From: an uncultured archaeon
Lineage (GTDB): Archaea; Asgardarchaeota; Thorarchaeia; Thorarchaeales; Thorarchaeaceae
Assembly (NCBI GenBank): GCA_964473825.1
Contig: CAYYQL010000001.1
Span: 64,001 to 128,000, forward strand
Reading direction: 5' to 3'
DNA length: 64,000 bases
Part shown: positions 62,761 through 64,000 of the stretch, piece after piece
How the letters are laid out: the number at the start of each line of letters is the position of its first letter
How positions within the stretch are numbered: position 1 is the stretch's first letter
Program-made: the position numbers and the translations under genes
Notes under the pieces: generated by a model
Databases searched by the model: none
What the model saw: only the letters and a program-made list of their open reading frames with translations
Told to the model about the DNA's origin: nothing

Positions 62761-64000
62761 TTAGTCCTTCTCTAGAGGGAGTCCTGCCTCCCGCCAAGAT
62801 TTTAGGCCTTCGACAGGCACACCAACTTTCTCAAAACCATTCTTCTTGAGGATGCTCGCTGCTGTGGTGCTTCGAATTCCAGATGGGCAAATCGTAACGA
62901 TTTCTTTATTCTTCCTAAGAGAGCCCATCTTCTCGTCTATTGACGTAAGGGGGATGAAGTGGGACTCCTTCATAGTACCCCGATGATACTCATGAGGCTG
63001 CCGCACGTCCACGATCTGAACTCCGCCTCTATCTAGACGCTCATTCAGCTCATGGGTTCCGTAGTTCTTCATTGAACTTGCTACATTGCCAGCTTGCTTC
63101 CAGCCCTCGAATCCCCTTGCAAGATAACCCAATACATTATCATAACCAACGCGGACCAAGTAGCTTCTTGCTTCTTCCATGTCTGCCGGGTTACGAAGCA
63201 CTAGCAAAAATGTTTCATCGGGATTGAAGACCCATCCAGCAATCATCCCCATGGCTCCTAGAAAGCTGCTGATTGAGTCAGGGATGTGTCCTTCAAGAAA
63301 CGTTCCAGGCTCACGCGTATCAATGACTACGTGCTTCGGCTGGTTCCTCATCTCTTCAAATGTGTCAACATCAAGTGTTTGAACAGGATCTCTACCAGTA
63401 AGAAGGGGAGGGCCAATGGTGTTCAGTTTCTCACAGTGCTTGAAGTAAGGTGACAATATGAGCTTCTGCTCGAGCTTTTCCTGTACAAACTCGCTTCGGT
63501 CCATTGACAGCCACTTGTTATTTCGTTGTTCATATCCAATTGTGGAGAACTCGCGTTCACCGATGTCCCCACCACAGACAGATCCCGCTCCGTGAGCAGG
63601 ATGGATGATAACATGATCTCCGAGTGGCAAGACCTTCTCATGAAGACTATCATACAATACTTCGGCAAACTCACCGGTTCTGTCTGGGTCTACAAGGTCC
63701 GTTCGTCCGACTTCGTTAACGAACAGTGTATCCCCTGTGAATACAACAATCGGATCAGTGCTCACAGATTCATCAGCAACCGCATAACACATACTGTCGG
63801 GGGTGTGACCTGGTGTGTTTATGCAGGTGACTTGCATGGCCCCTATCGCAATGAGTTCACCATCGTGTATAGAATCGTCACCGAACTCGAAATTGATGGC
63901 ATCACTGTGTCCGATCCGTGCAGAGGGCATTCGATTCTTCAGTTCCAATGAGCCAATGACATAGTCCTCATTTCTGTGGGTCTCGAAGATGTGCTTGATT
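62761..64000 (-). CDS. MBL-fold hydrolase / double-rhodanese fusion (persulfide dioxygenase-like), 5' end outside the window
   Basis: IFETHRNEDY, TPGHT, FTGDTLFV..VGRTDL, PAHGAGS.CG, two rhodanese domains, the last with CPSGIRS. Confidence 0.92.
   Translation of the reverse strand, partial: IKHIFETHRNEDYVIGSLELKNRMPSARIGHSDAINFEFGDDSIHDGELIAIGAMQVTCINTPGHTPDSMCYAVADESVSTDPIVVFTGDTLFVNEVGRTDLVDPDRTGEFAEVLYDSLHEKVLPLGDHVIIHPAHGAGSVCGGDIGEREFSTIGYEQRNNKWLSMDRSEFVQEKLEQKLILSPYFKHCEKLNTIGPPLLTGRDPVQTLDVDTFEEMRNQPKHVVIDTREPGTFLEGHIPDSISSFLGAMGMIAGWVFNPDETFLLVLRNPADMEEARSYLVRVGYDNVLGYLARGFEGWKQAGNVASSMKNYGTHELNERLDRGGVQIVDVRQPHEYHRGTMKESHFIPLTSIDEKMGSLRKNKEIVTICPSGIRSTTAASILKKNGFEKVGVPVEGLKSWREAGLPLEKD

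Overview
Archaeal chromosomal window, most likely from an Asgard archaeon (Thorarchaeota-like). This is inferred from two longin-domain proteins, stand-alone receivers with no DNA-binding output domain, BRE/TATA promoters and giant C-terminally anchored surface proteins; it is not a database result. Two themes dominate. (1) Cell surface: about 28 kb encodes six secreted proteins with a single C-terminal TM anchor. These are three tandem NosD/CASH beta-helix + Ig-like paralogues (plus an orphan fragment of a fourth), a 781-aa beta-sandwich protein, and a tightly coupled two-gene operon. That operon encodes a ~2170-aa protein (amphipathic helices, amphipathic beta sheet, ~25 thrombospondin-type-3-like repeats, polybasic tail) and a ~2690-aa FG-GAP/integrin-alpha-like multi-propeller protein, behind a structured leader that hides the ribosome-binding site. 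(2) Signalling: seven histidine kinases (one with a VUT/YhhQ-transporter-like sensor, one apparently ATP-binding-dead, one REC hybrid that needs a CTG start) and three receiver-only proteins, plus a longin-winged-helix protein with NPRL2-like architecture and a 7TM-longin fusion. A 722-bp internally deleted IS607 element encoding an in-frame TnpA-TnpB chimera is inserted precisely at a GG in a luciferase-like monooxygenase gene. A candidate structured RNA with a 5-codon micro-ORF lies at ~58.9-59.1 kb. The remainder is metabolic (ABC-2 transporter, penicillin acylase, 2-hydroxyacid dehydrogenase, NIF3, MBL hydrolases, aspartase, GGT). No rRNA, tRNA or CRISPR array was seen.
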